Source: an uncultured delta proteobacterium (GTDB taxonomy: Bacteria; Desulfobacterota; Binatia; Bin18). From it: DNA of 35,375 bases. Every line of letters starts with the position of its first letter. The stretch's first letter is position 1. Below, one piece after another: positions 18,212-31,568 of this stretch. A model generated the notes under the pieces. That model made no database searches and had not been told where the DNA came from. It saw nothing but the letters and a program-made list of their open reading frames with translations. The DNA lies in NCBI GenBank assembly GCA_963733195.1, contig CAVTCR010000075.1, positions 1 through 35,375 of the forward strand, in the 5' to 3' direction. The translations under genes and the position numbers were made by a program.

Positions 18212-18955
18212 CTATGGAAATGGCAGCGAAAATGTGAACGTCAGCCCAGTTGTGAGCTGCAAGTCAGTCGCTGCACTGCTCATACCTCTTCTGAGCCCCA
18301 GGTCAACGAGAAGTTCTGACGAGACTGGCTGCCAGATAAAGCCCAAGAGACCGGAATTATCAGCGCGTTCTCCTTCACCGCTCTCTCCGTTGACCTCCCC
18401 CACGAACCTGAAGTTTTGCAGAATGGGAAACTCCACGATCACTCCCCAGAGGGCAAATGGATCTGCCTTGGCTCTATTGACGCCTCCACCGAAGTTCACA
18501 TGGTACGTGAGAGTAGCCAAATGCCCGCTCATGATCCCGATCCCTTCGAAGCCAAACTTCCTCTCTCCTGCAACCGTTGTAGGCAGAAGCGGTCCTGCTT
18601 CGACTGCGAAGCTCATCCCGTCCTTCCCTTGTAAAATCCCTTCTCTCAGGACTGTCTTCAGGAACAGCGCCGGATCAACCAACTGGGCACTCTCGTCCGG
18701 GGCCTTTTCGACCTCGAACTCTCCCACCACTTCCAGGTTCCTAATGAGGCCCCAGTTCAGCACCACCTTGGGAGTGATGAAGGTGTTCTCCTCGTCCACT
18801 CGTTCCAGGTTAAAGTAGCCCAGCTCAATCTCGACTTCTCTGGGATCAACCACGGCCGCATCAGTGGAGACGAAAGGACGATATCCCCAAGCAGGAGCAA
18901 CACAACTTAAGGCGGTGAAGAACACTAGGGTTATAAAGGCCGCTTGGGGAGCCAC
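18212..18955 (-). CDS. Exported, probable outer-membrane beta-barrel protein
   Basis: Signal peptide ending AWG, RPFVSTDA, alternating beta-strand pattern, C-terminal GLTFTF. Confidence 0.7.
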   Translation of the reverse strand: MAPQAAFITLVFFTALSCVAPAWGYRPFVSTDAAVVDPREVEIELGYFNLERVDEENTFITPKVVLNWGLIRNLEVVGEFEVEKAPDESAQLVDPALFLKTVLREGILQGKDGMSFAVEAGPLLPTTVAGERKFGFEGIGIMSGHLATLTYHVNFGGGVNRAKADPFALWGVIVEFPILQNFRFVGEVNGESGEGERADNSGLLGFIWQPVSSELLVDLGLRRGMSSAATDLQLTTGLTFTFSLPFP

Positions 18956-18998
18956 TGCTGCGGATCTCCTCGTTGCCTGTCTGCTCTAGCATCAGCTT

Positions 18999-19235
18999 CT
19001 ACTTCGCAGCACCACGCTTTCGCGTCTCGCTGAAGGTCAACTCGATGATCCCAGACGCCTTGTCCATGTCCCCTGTTTGATCGAACGCGGCCACAGCCAT
19101 CTTGGAGGAACGGGTCAGATCAAAGGCCGTGAAGTAGAAAAGAAACTCGCGAAGCGTACAGGGAATGGTGTCACCACCTGGAGACAGTGAAGCTTTTCCG
19201 GGCTCTTCGGTTGTGTATACTGTTCCACTCCTCAT
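18999..19235 (-). pseudogene. Small chimeric ORF: N-terminus of a second CHR transporter joined to an unrelated C-terminus
   Basis: ..IPCTLREFLFYF resembles the stretch preceding LxLGxxGFGG in ChrA, then switches near 19130 to the hydrophilic TAFDLTRSSKMAVAAFDQ..IIELTF. Confidence 0.45.
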
Positions 19236-19251
19236 CGTGCTATTTCTCATT

Positions 19252-19938
19252 CTACCGCTCCTCACTTTCGATCGTCAGATTATCAAAAGCGGTCACACTA
19301 TCGGCCTTGGTCCAGAGGCCCACCTTGCCCGCCTCTGTAAAAGTGTCGTCTTCCACAGTGAGCAGACTTTCGCCGTTGACAGAAACCTCAAAGCGGTTCC
19401 CTTTGGCAGCGACGCGGAGTTCACTCCACTGCCCACTTAGCACCTTTGTTTTCTTCCCGTAGGCAAACAGCCCAGCACCGATGGGCTTTAAGTCCGTGCG
19501 CTTCCCGTTCTGGACTTTGTAGAGCACAACATTGTTTTCCAACGCGTTGGCCCGCACGATGTAGTAGTTGTCTTTGTCCTGGTAGCGCCACACGATCCCC
19601 GCCGCTTGGTCTACTTTTCCTGAGATCGGCTTAAACTTGACCGAGACCATGACATCTTTGGCGGTGAGGTTGTCATAGACGCAAAGGGGAAAACGGTAGC
19701 TTGTCTCATCCACGCTGGTTTGGGCAAGGACTTTGTTTCCGCTCGGTGCAGTCGGATCTTCCTGAACCACCCAGGCGGCTAATCCACCACTGCCGGTCAG
19801 GGCCGTCGAGAAGTTGGCAGGCAGTTTGCCGACTTCTGCGGTATCAAAATCAAGCACGGTTTGTGAGGTAGGATTCGTCTCAGCAAACACCTGGAGTGTA
19901 AAAAGAACTATGAGGACAATCGTCGATGTGGTCTTCAT
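19252..19938 (-). CDS. Exported DUF1080/LamG-like beta-sandwich protein
   Basis: Signal peptide; FKPISGKVDQAAGIVWRYQDKDNYYIVRANALENNV..GKVGLWTKADSVTAFD. Confidence 0.8.
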   Translation of the reverse strand: MKTTSTIVLIVLFTLQVFAETNPTSQTVLDFDTAEVGKLPANFSTALTGSGGLAAWVVQEDPTAPSGNKVLAQTSVDETSYRFPLCVYDNLTAKDVMVSVKFKPISGKVDQAAGIVWRYQDKDNYYIVRANALENNVVLYKVQNGKRTDLKPIGAGLFAYGKKTKVLSGQWSELRVAAKGNRFEVSVNGESLLTVEDDTFTEAGKVGLWTKADSVTAFDNLTIESEER

Positions 19939-20396
19939 AACGCCTCGTTAGGTTGCGATGTTTCCGTGCGCTGTTTCTGCAGCGCAGCGTAGAGACTGTC
20001 GTAGAGAAATGCGGCTTTCTCCATAATCTCATAATCGTCTTTCGCGACCAGTGGGAATCCGTGTGAGATCGCACGCAATCCCGCCGACTCCGGCGTGAGT
20101 GTAACTTCCTCCGAGAAGTCTGCCCCGCGTACGATACGGGCAATCTCCCGCAGCACAGCGTCTTCGGGACAATACTCTTCCACTAAGGCTTCGAACGAAC
20201 ACCGGCCTTTGTCGTCTTTGTGCGGGTAGGTTGCTCCTGGTGCATCAAAACCTCTGGCTCCTTCGCGCTGCTGGACTTCGGCAACCTCATCTGGTTCGAC
20301 AAAGAGAAACACGGCCTGTGGATCAATAAAGCGACGGATCAGCCACGCAGTGGCCATACGGTTGACTCGGATCGATTTGCGCGTCACCCATTTCAT
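19935..20396 (-). CDS. Chromate resistance ChrB-domain protein (short, ChrF-like)
   Basis: MKWVTR..WLIRRFIDP.A.FLFV..FDAPGA..CSFEAL..IARIVRGAD..PESAGL..LYDSLY. Confidence 0.88.
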   Translation of the reverse strand: MKWVTRKSIRVNRMATAWLIRRFIDPQAVFLFVEPDEVAEVQQREGARGFDAPGATYPHKDDKGRCSFEALVEEYCPEDAVLREIARIVRGADFSEEVTLTPESAGLRAISHGFPLVAKDDYEIMEKAAFLYDSLYAALQKQRTETSQPNEAL

Positions 20397-20411
20397 AAAC
20401 GCCCCTCTTTG

Positions 20412-21152
20412 TTACTTGCGGGGCCGCGCGTCTTCAGTACGCCGGTTCACTTCATCCCAGTTGATGTTCTGAAAAAACGCCTCAACGTACCCGCGGGCAT
20501 TCGCTCCATAGTCCATGTGGTAGGCATGCTCGTACATATCCATCACTAACAGTGGTACACCCCAAGCGAGGCTATGCGTGTGATCCGCCGCCCAGTAAGT
20601 ATGGACGGCATGCTCGCGTGGATTGTAGTTGAGGATCACCCACCCTGAACCCCCGCCCAGAGACATCCCAGTCAGCCGAAAGTCCTGCTCCCAGGCTTCG
20701 ACGCTGCCATAGTGGGTTTTGATGAGATCGACAATCGTCCCGCTGGCTTTTCCATCCCCGCCGAGGTTAGCGAAGTAGAATTCGTGTAAGATCATCGAAT
20801 TGGTGGCGATGAGTTCTTCACGCTTGAGCGATCCCATTTGATAGGGCGCTGCGTCTTTCGGTAGGCGGCCAATCTGTTGTTGAATGAGGTTCAATCGTTT
20901 GACCGCACCAGTATAGTTATTCTGGTGGTGTGAGTTGATGAGCTTTTCGGACAGCCCCTTTAGCTTACCCGGCTCAAACGGTAACGGTTTGACCTGGTTC
21001 GTACCGCTATAGGCAGGAGGCAGAGTTGCACTGCCACTTTGCTGGGTTTCTTCCGCCAAAACCGTTCTACCTCCTGCGAGATCAAGCAGCGCAACCGCGA
21101 GACCTCCCCTTATCAGTGTTCCGAGTGCTTCACGTCGCGTCAAGAAATCCAT
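20412..21152 (-). CDS. chrC: Fe/Mn superoxide dismutase, ChrC-like, with Tat signal
   Basis: TRREAL twin-arginine leader; SHHQNNY, NSMILHEFYF, GGSGW, DMYEHAY..DYG; first gene of the chr cluster. Confidence 0.88.
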   Translation of the reverse strand: MDFLTRREALGTLIRGGLAVALLDLAGGRTVLAEETQQSGSATLPPAYSGTNQVKPLPFEPGKLKGLSEKLINSHHQNNYTGAVKRLNLIQQQIGRLPKDAAPYQMGSLKREELIATNSMILHEFYFANLGGDGKASGTIVDLIKTHYGSVEAWEQDFRLTGMSLGGGSGWVILNYNPREHAVHTYWAADHTHSLAWGVPLLVMDMYEHAYHMDYGANARGYVEAFFQNINWDEVNRRTEDARPRK

Positions 21153-21241
21153 CTGTCTTCCTCGACTCCCTTGAGAATAGTGTTCCGATTGGTACGCGGT
21201 TTTCTTTCTCTCTTTTATGCTATAGAGGGTAAAGATCAAGT

Positions 21242-21694
21242 ATGAAGTTATACAGATACTCACCAACGTGGCGTGGAGGAATACTCGCGCTTCTCCTCCC
21301 TGCCCTCTTGCTCCTCCCCACGCTCCATCTGCACCCTGCCTACGAACATGAATACAGGACAGGAGGAGCGCATAAGCATCGTTCTATTGTCCATACGGAC
21401 TTTCTCCCTTCCTCAGCCTACGACCATGGTGAGCACCACCAGAACCATGGCGCGCCGGGCCACGCTTCACCCCAGCCTCTATCCCAGATTAGCTTTCCTA
21501 CGCTTCTCCCTCGCTCCCTTGTCTTCTCGCTACTCGCGCTTGAGAGGGTCCTAGGTTCTTTGCCAGTAGAGGCGCCGGTTCTTTCCTCACCCTTTTCGTT
21601 CCATACCTGGATTCTCACTAGAGACCACGCGCCTCCTGCCCAGACCTTTGCCTTTTCCCCGATCTCTCCCCGCTCTCCTCCGCACACCGCTTAG
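21242..21694 (+). CDS. His-rich exported/membrane leader protein (CzcI/DUF2946-like) ending RSPP
   Basis: Hydrophobic N-terminal segment, 14 His (11 in residues 29-74), Pro/Ser-rich linker, C-terminal PRSPPHTA*. Confidence 0.65.
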   Translation: MKLYRYSPTWRGGILALLLPALLLLPTLHLHPAYEHEYRTGGAHKHRSIVHTDFLPSSAYDHGEHHQNHGAPGHASPQPLSQISFPTLLPRSLVFSLLALERVLGSLPVEAPVLSSPFSFHTWILTRDHAPPAQTFAFSPISPRSPPHTA

Positions 21695-21800
21695 GTTTCT
21701 GCGGCCTTTTTGCGTTCTTCCCGAAAAATCTTTCGCCTTGCGGTGAGGTGACCAACCTTCGCACTATCCACATCTCGCCTGCGGAGTGGAGGAATGTGAG

Positions 21801-23199
21801 ATGGCGTGTAGATATTTGTGCACTTTAACCTTAGCTTCCTCTGAAGCTTTACACTTTTGGTATGACTTTATGAAATCCAACTTACTACTGAAGCTATGCT
21901 GTACAATTTCTGTTGCAGTGCTGGCCACGAGTTCCGTGACTTTCCACGCAGACGGAGCGGAGGGGCCCGCCTCCGAATTCCGCCAAAGCAACCACTCCAC
22001 CAGAATCAGATGACACTGGAGGCAGTGGTGGCAGAGGTCTTGGAGCACAATCCAGAAGTCAATTTCTACAGTGCCGAGATTGCCGCCGCCAAAGGCGAAG
22101 CCCGAACCGCCGCAACGTGGGCCAATCCGGAACTCTCCACCACCATCGGTGACAAGCGGGCGACAGGCGGTGGTCCAGCCGGTGAGGGCGTTGCCTGGTC
22201 GGTGTCGGTACAGCAGACATTTGAATGGCCGGGTCGTATCCCGCTCCGCAAGGCGATTGCCAACCAACAGATACAACTGGCCGAACTCGGATTCGCCCAA
22301 TTCAAAGCCGCGCTCGCCGTCGCAGGACGCGCATCGCCGCGTTCGGCTTGTTCGCGGCCCAGCAGAAAGCAGCGGCGGCCCGGGAAGTCGCCGACCGCTT
22401 TCATGCGTTGCGCGAGGTGCTGGTGCAGCGGGACCTGGCCGGCATCACCCCGGAGTTGGAATTACGCATCATCGAAGCCACAGAGATCACCATGCTCCGC
22501 AAGGCCAGTGAGGCGTCGGTAGCCGAGCAGGCAGCAATCCTCGAACTGAATCAACTGCGCGGTCAGCCCTGGCAACGGGAGATAAAGATTGCGCCGGTGG
22601 ACCTCACGTTTACCGCCGCGCCGGAGACGGACGCTTTGTTAGCCGCGGCGCGGGCGAACAATTTCGAGATACGCATGCGGCAGGTAGAGTTGGAGCAGCA
22701 GGGCTTCAAGGTCTCACTGGCGCACAAGGATCGTTACCCCTCGTTCACGGTCGGGCCGTATTTTTCCCAGGAGCGCGCGAGCGACCGTGAGCGACAAGTC
22801 GGCATCGGCATCTCGATGCCACTGCCCCTCTGGAACCGCAACGAGGGGAACATTGAGACCGCCATGGCTCGGCAGCAGCAGGCGGAGACCTTGATGTACG
22901 TCACGCAGCGGACCGTCGAAAGGCAAGTCGTCGAGCACGCACTGACGTATCAGACGAAACTCATCGAGATGGCAAAGTGGCGGCCAGAGTCGGTGGCCGA
23001 ATTTCGCAAAGCGGCGGAACTGGCTGACCGTCACTACCGGCTCGGCGCGGTGCCGATCACCACATACGTCGAGTTGCAGAGACAATACCTGGACGCAGTC
23101 GAGGCGCTGCTGGACACCAAGCGCGAGGCGCTCGACGCCGGGCAACAACTGGAACTGCTCACCGGGCTGGACATCCGCGCGGTTCGTACTAACCCATGA
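21801..23199 (+). CDS. czcC: TolC/CzcC-family outer-membrane efflux protein (frameshifts near 22000 and 22320)
   Basis: TLEAVVAEVLEHNPE..WANPELS..QTFEWPG..LPLWNRNEG..YRLGAVP; GGAGG before ATG 21801, alternative start 21870. Confidence 0.8.
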
Positions 23200-23251
23200 A
23201 CCAAGGAAGAAGCCTCCGGCAAATCTCCGGAACCTTGAGGTCTATACAATC

Positions 23252-26537
<3,286 letters not shown>

Positions 26538-26645
26538 GCACCGTGTCAAAAGAAAGTCTGCGAGATCCTTCTCCGCTCGCAGTAGACGCAGTGTCGAACT
26601 TACCTGTTCGCCGACATCGAAAGAGGTAAGAAGGAGTACTTTCAT

Positions 26646-27656
26646 ATGTTTACCGATACGCATTCTCACTCCCGTAGTGATTCACATGATAGTCATGATG
26701 CCCACAGGCACGGCACCGTAGATCCCTCAATTCTTACGACCGATCGAGGCATCTGGGCTCTCAAGTGGTCATTGTTGGGACTCTTAGCGACTGCTTTGTT
26801 TCAGATTACTATCGTATGGCTTTCAGGAAGTGTGGCGCTGCTTGCCGACACCATTCACAACTTCGGCGATGCCGCCACAGCGATCCCGCTATGGGTTGCG
26901 TTCAGACTTGCGCGGTGGAGCCCAAGCCGGCGCTTCACCTACGGCTACGGTCGGGTGGAAGATCTTGCCGGTGTGGCGGTTGTCTTGACTATTCTGTTTA
27001 GTGCCATCGTCGCCGGGTACGAGTCCATCGAGCGCCTTTTGCATCCACAAGAGGTAAGCTATTTGGTGGGCGTGGTCGTTGCGTCAGTCATTGGTTTCCT
27101 CGGCAATGAGGCTGTGGCGATCTTGCGTATAAAGGTTGGCAAGGAAATTGGCAGCGCTGCCCTCATTGCCGATGGCTATCACGCCCGTGTCGATGGCTTA
27201 ACCAGCTTGGCAGTGCTTTTCGGTGCCGGGGGCGTGTGGTTGGGCTATCCTCTCGCGGATCCTCTTTATTGGCCTGCTCATTACGGTGGCCATCCTCCGC
27301 ATTGTTTGGGAATCTGGGAAGGCTATCTTCACCCGCCTCCTTGACGGGGTAGAGCCAGAAGTGATTGATGAAATAAAGCAGGCAGTCACTCACCTCCCAG
27401 GAGTTCGCGACGTTACGGAAGTGCGAGTCAGATGGTTGGGCCATCGGCTACATGCAGAAGTCAATGTTGCCGTGGACGCGGGGTCTCTGTGCAGGAGGGA
27501 CATGAGATTGCGAAGGAGGCTCGCCACCAGCTCCTCCATTACGTGAGTTACCTGTCCGATGCGATAATCCACGTTGATCCTGCCAACGCTCCAGGTGAGG
27601 AACATCACCACATTGCTGAGCATGAACATGATGGCTTACCTGCCCACTCGCATTAA
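26646..27656 (+). CDS. Cation diffusion facilitator (CDF) transporter (frameshifts near 27265 and 27485)
   Basis: His-rich termini; SVALLADTIHNFGDA..FTYGYGRVEDL..ALIADGYHARVD..VRVRWLGHRLHAE..IIHVDP. Confidence 0.88.
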
Positions 27657-27693
27657 AAAATAAGGCCAGGCCTGCCGCAGCTGACACCTCTGG

Positions 27694-27827
27694 TCAGGCG
27701 CACACCGCGAGCTGGTCGACACGGCTGCGGCGCACCGCCACACCGCCATCTCCGATCCAGAGAAGAAGCCATTCGCCACAATCAGGAGCAGGACAAGAAC
27801 GACTTCCAGCCATAATTCGTTGGCCAT
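27694..27827 (-). pseudogene. Truncated CNNM/DUF21 (hemolysin/CorC-type) gene
   Basis: GGAGG RBS, MANELWLEVVLVLLLIVANGFFSGSEMAV..LRRSRVDQL, then stop. Confidence 0.7.
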
Positions 27828-28226
27828 TGTTTCCTCCCGGCTAGAATTGTGGTGGGGGATGACGACACAACAGGGTGACGGGATGCACCAGGATAACTCC
27901 AACAAAACGGCGTCGAAATTCTCCCTCGGTTAAGCCATCATGCGTCACATACACATAGGCGGGAGGCCCAGGATATACCGTCACTGTCGCCCGATCATCT
28001 TTAGTCAGTCAAGGTATATGGCGTGGCGGTCCGTACACGCTGGTCGAAGCACGAGGTGGGCAATGCGTCGCATACAGCAGGTTTCCCTCCGGGGGGATTT
28101 CCCTTCCGAAATCTCCCCATAGAAGAAAGACTACGGGATAGGGGAACGGTGGTCACCTGTGTCCTAGATGAGCCGGTGTTGTAGTTAGGATCGGGAGGTC
28201 GCCAATCTAAGCCCTAGGTGCGAAAG

Positions 28227-28882
28227 TCAGAAAAGGGTGGGAGGGCCTCGGTCGGAGGATGCCGCATGAGGAAGGAAATGAAAGGAAGAACGGTCAACTT
28301 GTTCTTGGGGTCCACTCGTACTGGTTTGCCGGGTCCAATGGACGTAGGGAGACTCGCAGGAGAGGAGGTGCGCTTTGAAGGCAGAACCTCGTGATGAAGT
28401 CCCACACGGCAAGAGTCTTTCTTGAGAGAACGTCCTGGCGTTGGCTGGGTTTGTGGAGAATGAAGAGAAAGCAGACGGGCGAAATGTCCGGTCCCATCAT
28501 TAAACCATATGATGACTGCAGGGGGAGCGAAGGTAACAGTCCTTTCCAGATAAGGTCAGTGTCCCCATCATTGTCAAGATCACGGACAGTAAGTGAATTA
28601 GCAACCGACAGCAACAGGTCCACTGGAACAAAGGACACCTCACGAGTGCGACTGAGGTGAATCTCCACACCCATTGCCATCCTGCGCGGTCGAGGGTCAA
28701 GGGATCTACGACCCGGTCGCCATCGAAGTCTGCTGGAGCAAGAGGCGAATCAGACAGGGATCACGGGAGAGCAGAGATCCCTTCCTGGCTCTGCGCCCAA
28801 GCAAATACACAGAAACTCACAATAGCAGTGGTAAGGACACTCCAGAAGATTCCGCAGAACGCAGCAAACATCGAATCTGCAT
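28227..28882 (-). CDS. Exported FG-GAP/VCBS-like protein ending RGPP (several frameshifts)
   Basis: Stitched: signal peptide ..IVSFCVFAWAQ, ADFDGDRVVD, RDLDNDGDTDLIW, VIIWFNDGTGHF, Pro/Ser linker, ..SSDRGPPTLF*. Confidence 0.55.
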
Positions 28883-30102
28883 GCTTCGGTCTTTATAATC
28901 GATGGTTTGTACAACACAAGAGGTATCCGTTCACAGCCTAAGTACAGGACGCGATAAATACGTCCCCAGTTCACAAATGAGAGGTCCAGAGAGACTCCAT
29001 TCCGACACAAACCCTTCTATAGAGGGAGGAATGGAACCATGCCTGGACCTCAGCCCAAGTATCCGATTGCCTTGAGGGAGACGCAAGTGGCAGAGCTGAC
29101 GCATGTGAGCTTGAGCTATACCGCACCGTATGCTGAGGTGCAGCGGGCGCGGATCGTGCTGTTGGCTCACCACCAAGCCCACGTGGTCCAACACCCAGAT
29201 TGCCGGCACCGTGGGCTGCACGCGGATACGGTGAAGACGTGGCGGCGGCGCTGGCACCAGCAGGGCACGGCCCCGACCCCGCGTCCAGGAGCGCCCCGGC
29301 ACTTTCCGGCGCTGGTGCGGGCGCAGATTGTAGCCTTGGCCTGTAGTGCGCCGTGCTACCCACGGCAAAGTGTGGCAGCGCTGGTCGGGGGAGAAGCTAG
29401 CGCAGGTGGCCGTCGAGAAGAGGGGATCGTGGCGACGATTTCGCCGAGCACCATCCACAGTTGGCTGCGCCACGACAAAATCAAGCCCTGGCGCTATCAC
29501 TCCTGGCAGCACTCTACTGATCCCCAGTTTGTCGAGAAAGCCACGCCCGTCCTGGACCTCTATGCGCAGGCACCGTCCCTGCAGGCGCAGGGGAAACTCA
29601 TCGTCTGTGCCGATGAGAAAACCTCCATGCAAGCCCGCCAGCGCGTCACGGCGACCAAAGCCGCAGCCCCCGGCGAGGTGATGCAAGTCGCCGACCGCGA
29701 TAAGCGGATGGGGGCCCTGCAACTCTTCTGCGCTCTGGTGGTGGCCAGCGGGCTGACCTTCGCCCAGACCCGGACGAGTAAGAAGTTGGTTGATTTCAAA
29801 GCCTTCCTGCAGGCGTTCTTTCACAGCGCCCGGTGGGAAGGCATCAAAGTCCTCCATCTGATTCTCGACAACGGCCCCACCCACGCGCCCAAGCAACTCG
29901 GGACCTGGCTCGCGTCGCTGGAGCTGTCCTTTGAAGTCCGCATTTACTGGCTGCCCAAGTACGCCAGCTGGCTGGATCAGGTCGAGATTATCTTTAGTAA
30001 GGTGCAGCGTGACGTGCTCACCCCCAATGACTTTCCCAGCCTCGTCGCCTTGGAGCGTGACCTGGGCGGCCTAATTTGCCGAACTCAATACGCATCCTAA
30101 AC

Positions 30103-31568
30103 CAGCCCTTTCGGGGTGCTGTAGCGCGCTCATTTGCGGTTCGCTAACAGTCGAGCCGTTGCCACATGTTTGATTTTGGCCCCACTCGCCCGGTGCGGCC
30201 GTGGTTTTTTCGGCCCCCGTCGATGTTTCTGATACCGCCACAGCGGGGCCTGCTGCGCCCACGCGCGCAATTGCCCCGCCAACTCGGCGGGGGTCATCCA
30301 CCCATACTCTTCCCACGTCTCGGCGGGCAAGGCAATCGCCATCCCCGTAAACACTTTGGCCAGTTCTTGGGCCAGGTAGTAACTGGATACTTCGCGCTCC
30401 ACTTTCTCGGTGCCGTGCGCAGCCCCCAATGCGGCCCGCGTCAGCCGCAGCACGTTGTAGGCCATCACCGCCAAGCAAAAGGCAAACAACGCGGCGGGGG
30501 GATAGCCCAAGGTGTCGGGTTCACACTGCAAAATCACGGTCAGGTCTTGAAATGCTCCCTCAATGCCCCACCGCCCTCGGTAGAGGGCGGCAATGGCCGC
30601 CGCCGTGACCGCGGCCGGGAGCGTGGTCACGACCACGATGACCCGCTCCCCCTCGCGCGTGGGGCGGTCCAGCTCCAGGATGATCCGGCGCAGCGTCAGC
30701 ACCGCCCCCTGCTCGTCGGCAATCTGGATCTCTTGTTCGCTCAGCGCGCCTGTCTCGCACCGACCCACTGCCCGGATGGGTCCCTCCGCTACCCAGTGCA
30801 GCGTCGAGGCATGTTCCCGCACCGCCACGTGCCCGCCGCGCGCGACTACCCCAAAAATCCAGCGGGTCGTGGCAAAGTTCCGGTCTGCCACCCACACCTG
30901 CCCCGGTTCGACCCACCCTAGAGCTGCCCCGACCAAGGCCCGCTCCTGGGTATGCCCGTCCTCGCAGCAGTGCACGTGGCGAATGAGCTGACGCTGGGGA
31001 TCCAAGGCCACCAACGATTGCCCCGGCAACGCCCCCGCTCGCGTGCGCCGCAAGGGCTTGAGGCGATGCTCCGTCCCCTCCAGATGATGCCCATCCAGAA
31101 TGCGCACCTCATAGCCCCGCAGCACTGCGTGCGCCCTCGGCTCCAACTCCCGCAGCACCGGCTCCACGCGCGCCACGCTGTGGGCCACCAGGGCCTCCGA
31201 CACTTTGGTCTCCATCCGCTCCAGCTTCTCGTACAGCGCGGAGAGGCCCACGGCCACCTGTTCTCGCCGCCGCTGAAAGGCGGCATGGATCGACTGCTCC
31301 TGGCGCAACACCACGGTCGTCATCAGCTCCACGACCGTGGAAAACAACAGCGTGCGGGTATACTGCTGCTCCGCCGTCTGCGCAAACAGCGCATCCAAGG
31401 CTGGACCCGCAAACGCATTCTCCATGGTGGCCCGCACCATCACGGCGATGGGACTCTCTTGCACGAATCGTTGGAAAATCTCGGCAACCATCTCTTTCCT
31501 CCTGCCACACGCGTAAACGCCTGTGATAGAAGGGTTTTACGGGCAAAGCTCACACCCCGAAAGGGCTG
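30103..31568 (-). mobile_element. IS4-family insertion sequence (1466 bp)
   Basis: Perfect 16-bp terminal IRs CAGCCCTTTCGGGGTG; 11-bp target duplication GCATCCTAAAC at 30092-30102 and 31569-31579. Confidence 0.92.
30130..31491 (-). CDS. IS4-family DDE transposase
   Basis: ILDG, ADRNF, YRGRWGIEGAF (Y-R-E signature); intact 453-aa ORF. Confidence 0.92.
   Translation of the reverse strand: MVAEIFQRFVQESPIAVMVRATMENAFAGPALDALFAQTAEQQYTRTLLFSTVVELMTTVVLRQEQSIHAAFQRRREQVAVGLSALYEKLERMETKVSEALVAHSVARVEPVLRELEPRAHAVLRGYEVRILDGHHLEGTEHRLKPLRRTRAGALPGQSLVALDPQRQLIRHVHCCEDGHTQERALVGAALGWVEPGQVWVADRNFATTRWIFGVVARGGHVAVREHASTLHWVAEGPIRAVGRCETGALSEQEIQIADEQGAVLTLRRIILELDRPTREGERVIVVVTTLPAAVTAAAIAALYRGRWGIEGAFQDLTVILQCEPDTLGYPPAALFAFCLAVMAYNVLRLTRAALGAAHGTEKVEREVSSYYLAQELAKVFTGMAIALPAETWEEYGWMTPAELAGQLRAWAQQAPLWRYQKHRRGPKKPRPHRASGAKIKHVATARLLANRK

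Noticed and set aside
27828-28226. Metal riboswitch (yybP-ykoY, M-box, fluoride, NiCo) upstream of the CNNM fragment
   Set aside because: No conserved core sequences recognised by eye; an Rfam cmscan would settle it
28931-29896. 321-aa minus-strand ORF
   Set aside because: Antisense to the IS630 transposase
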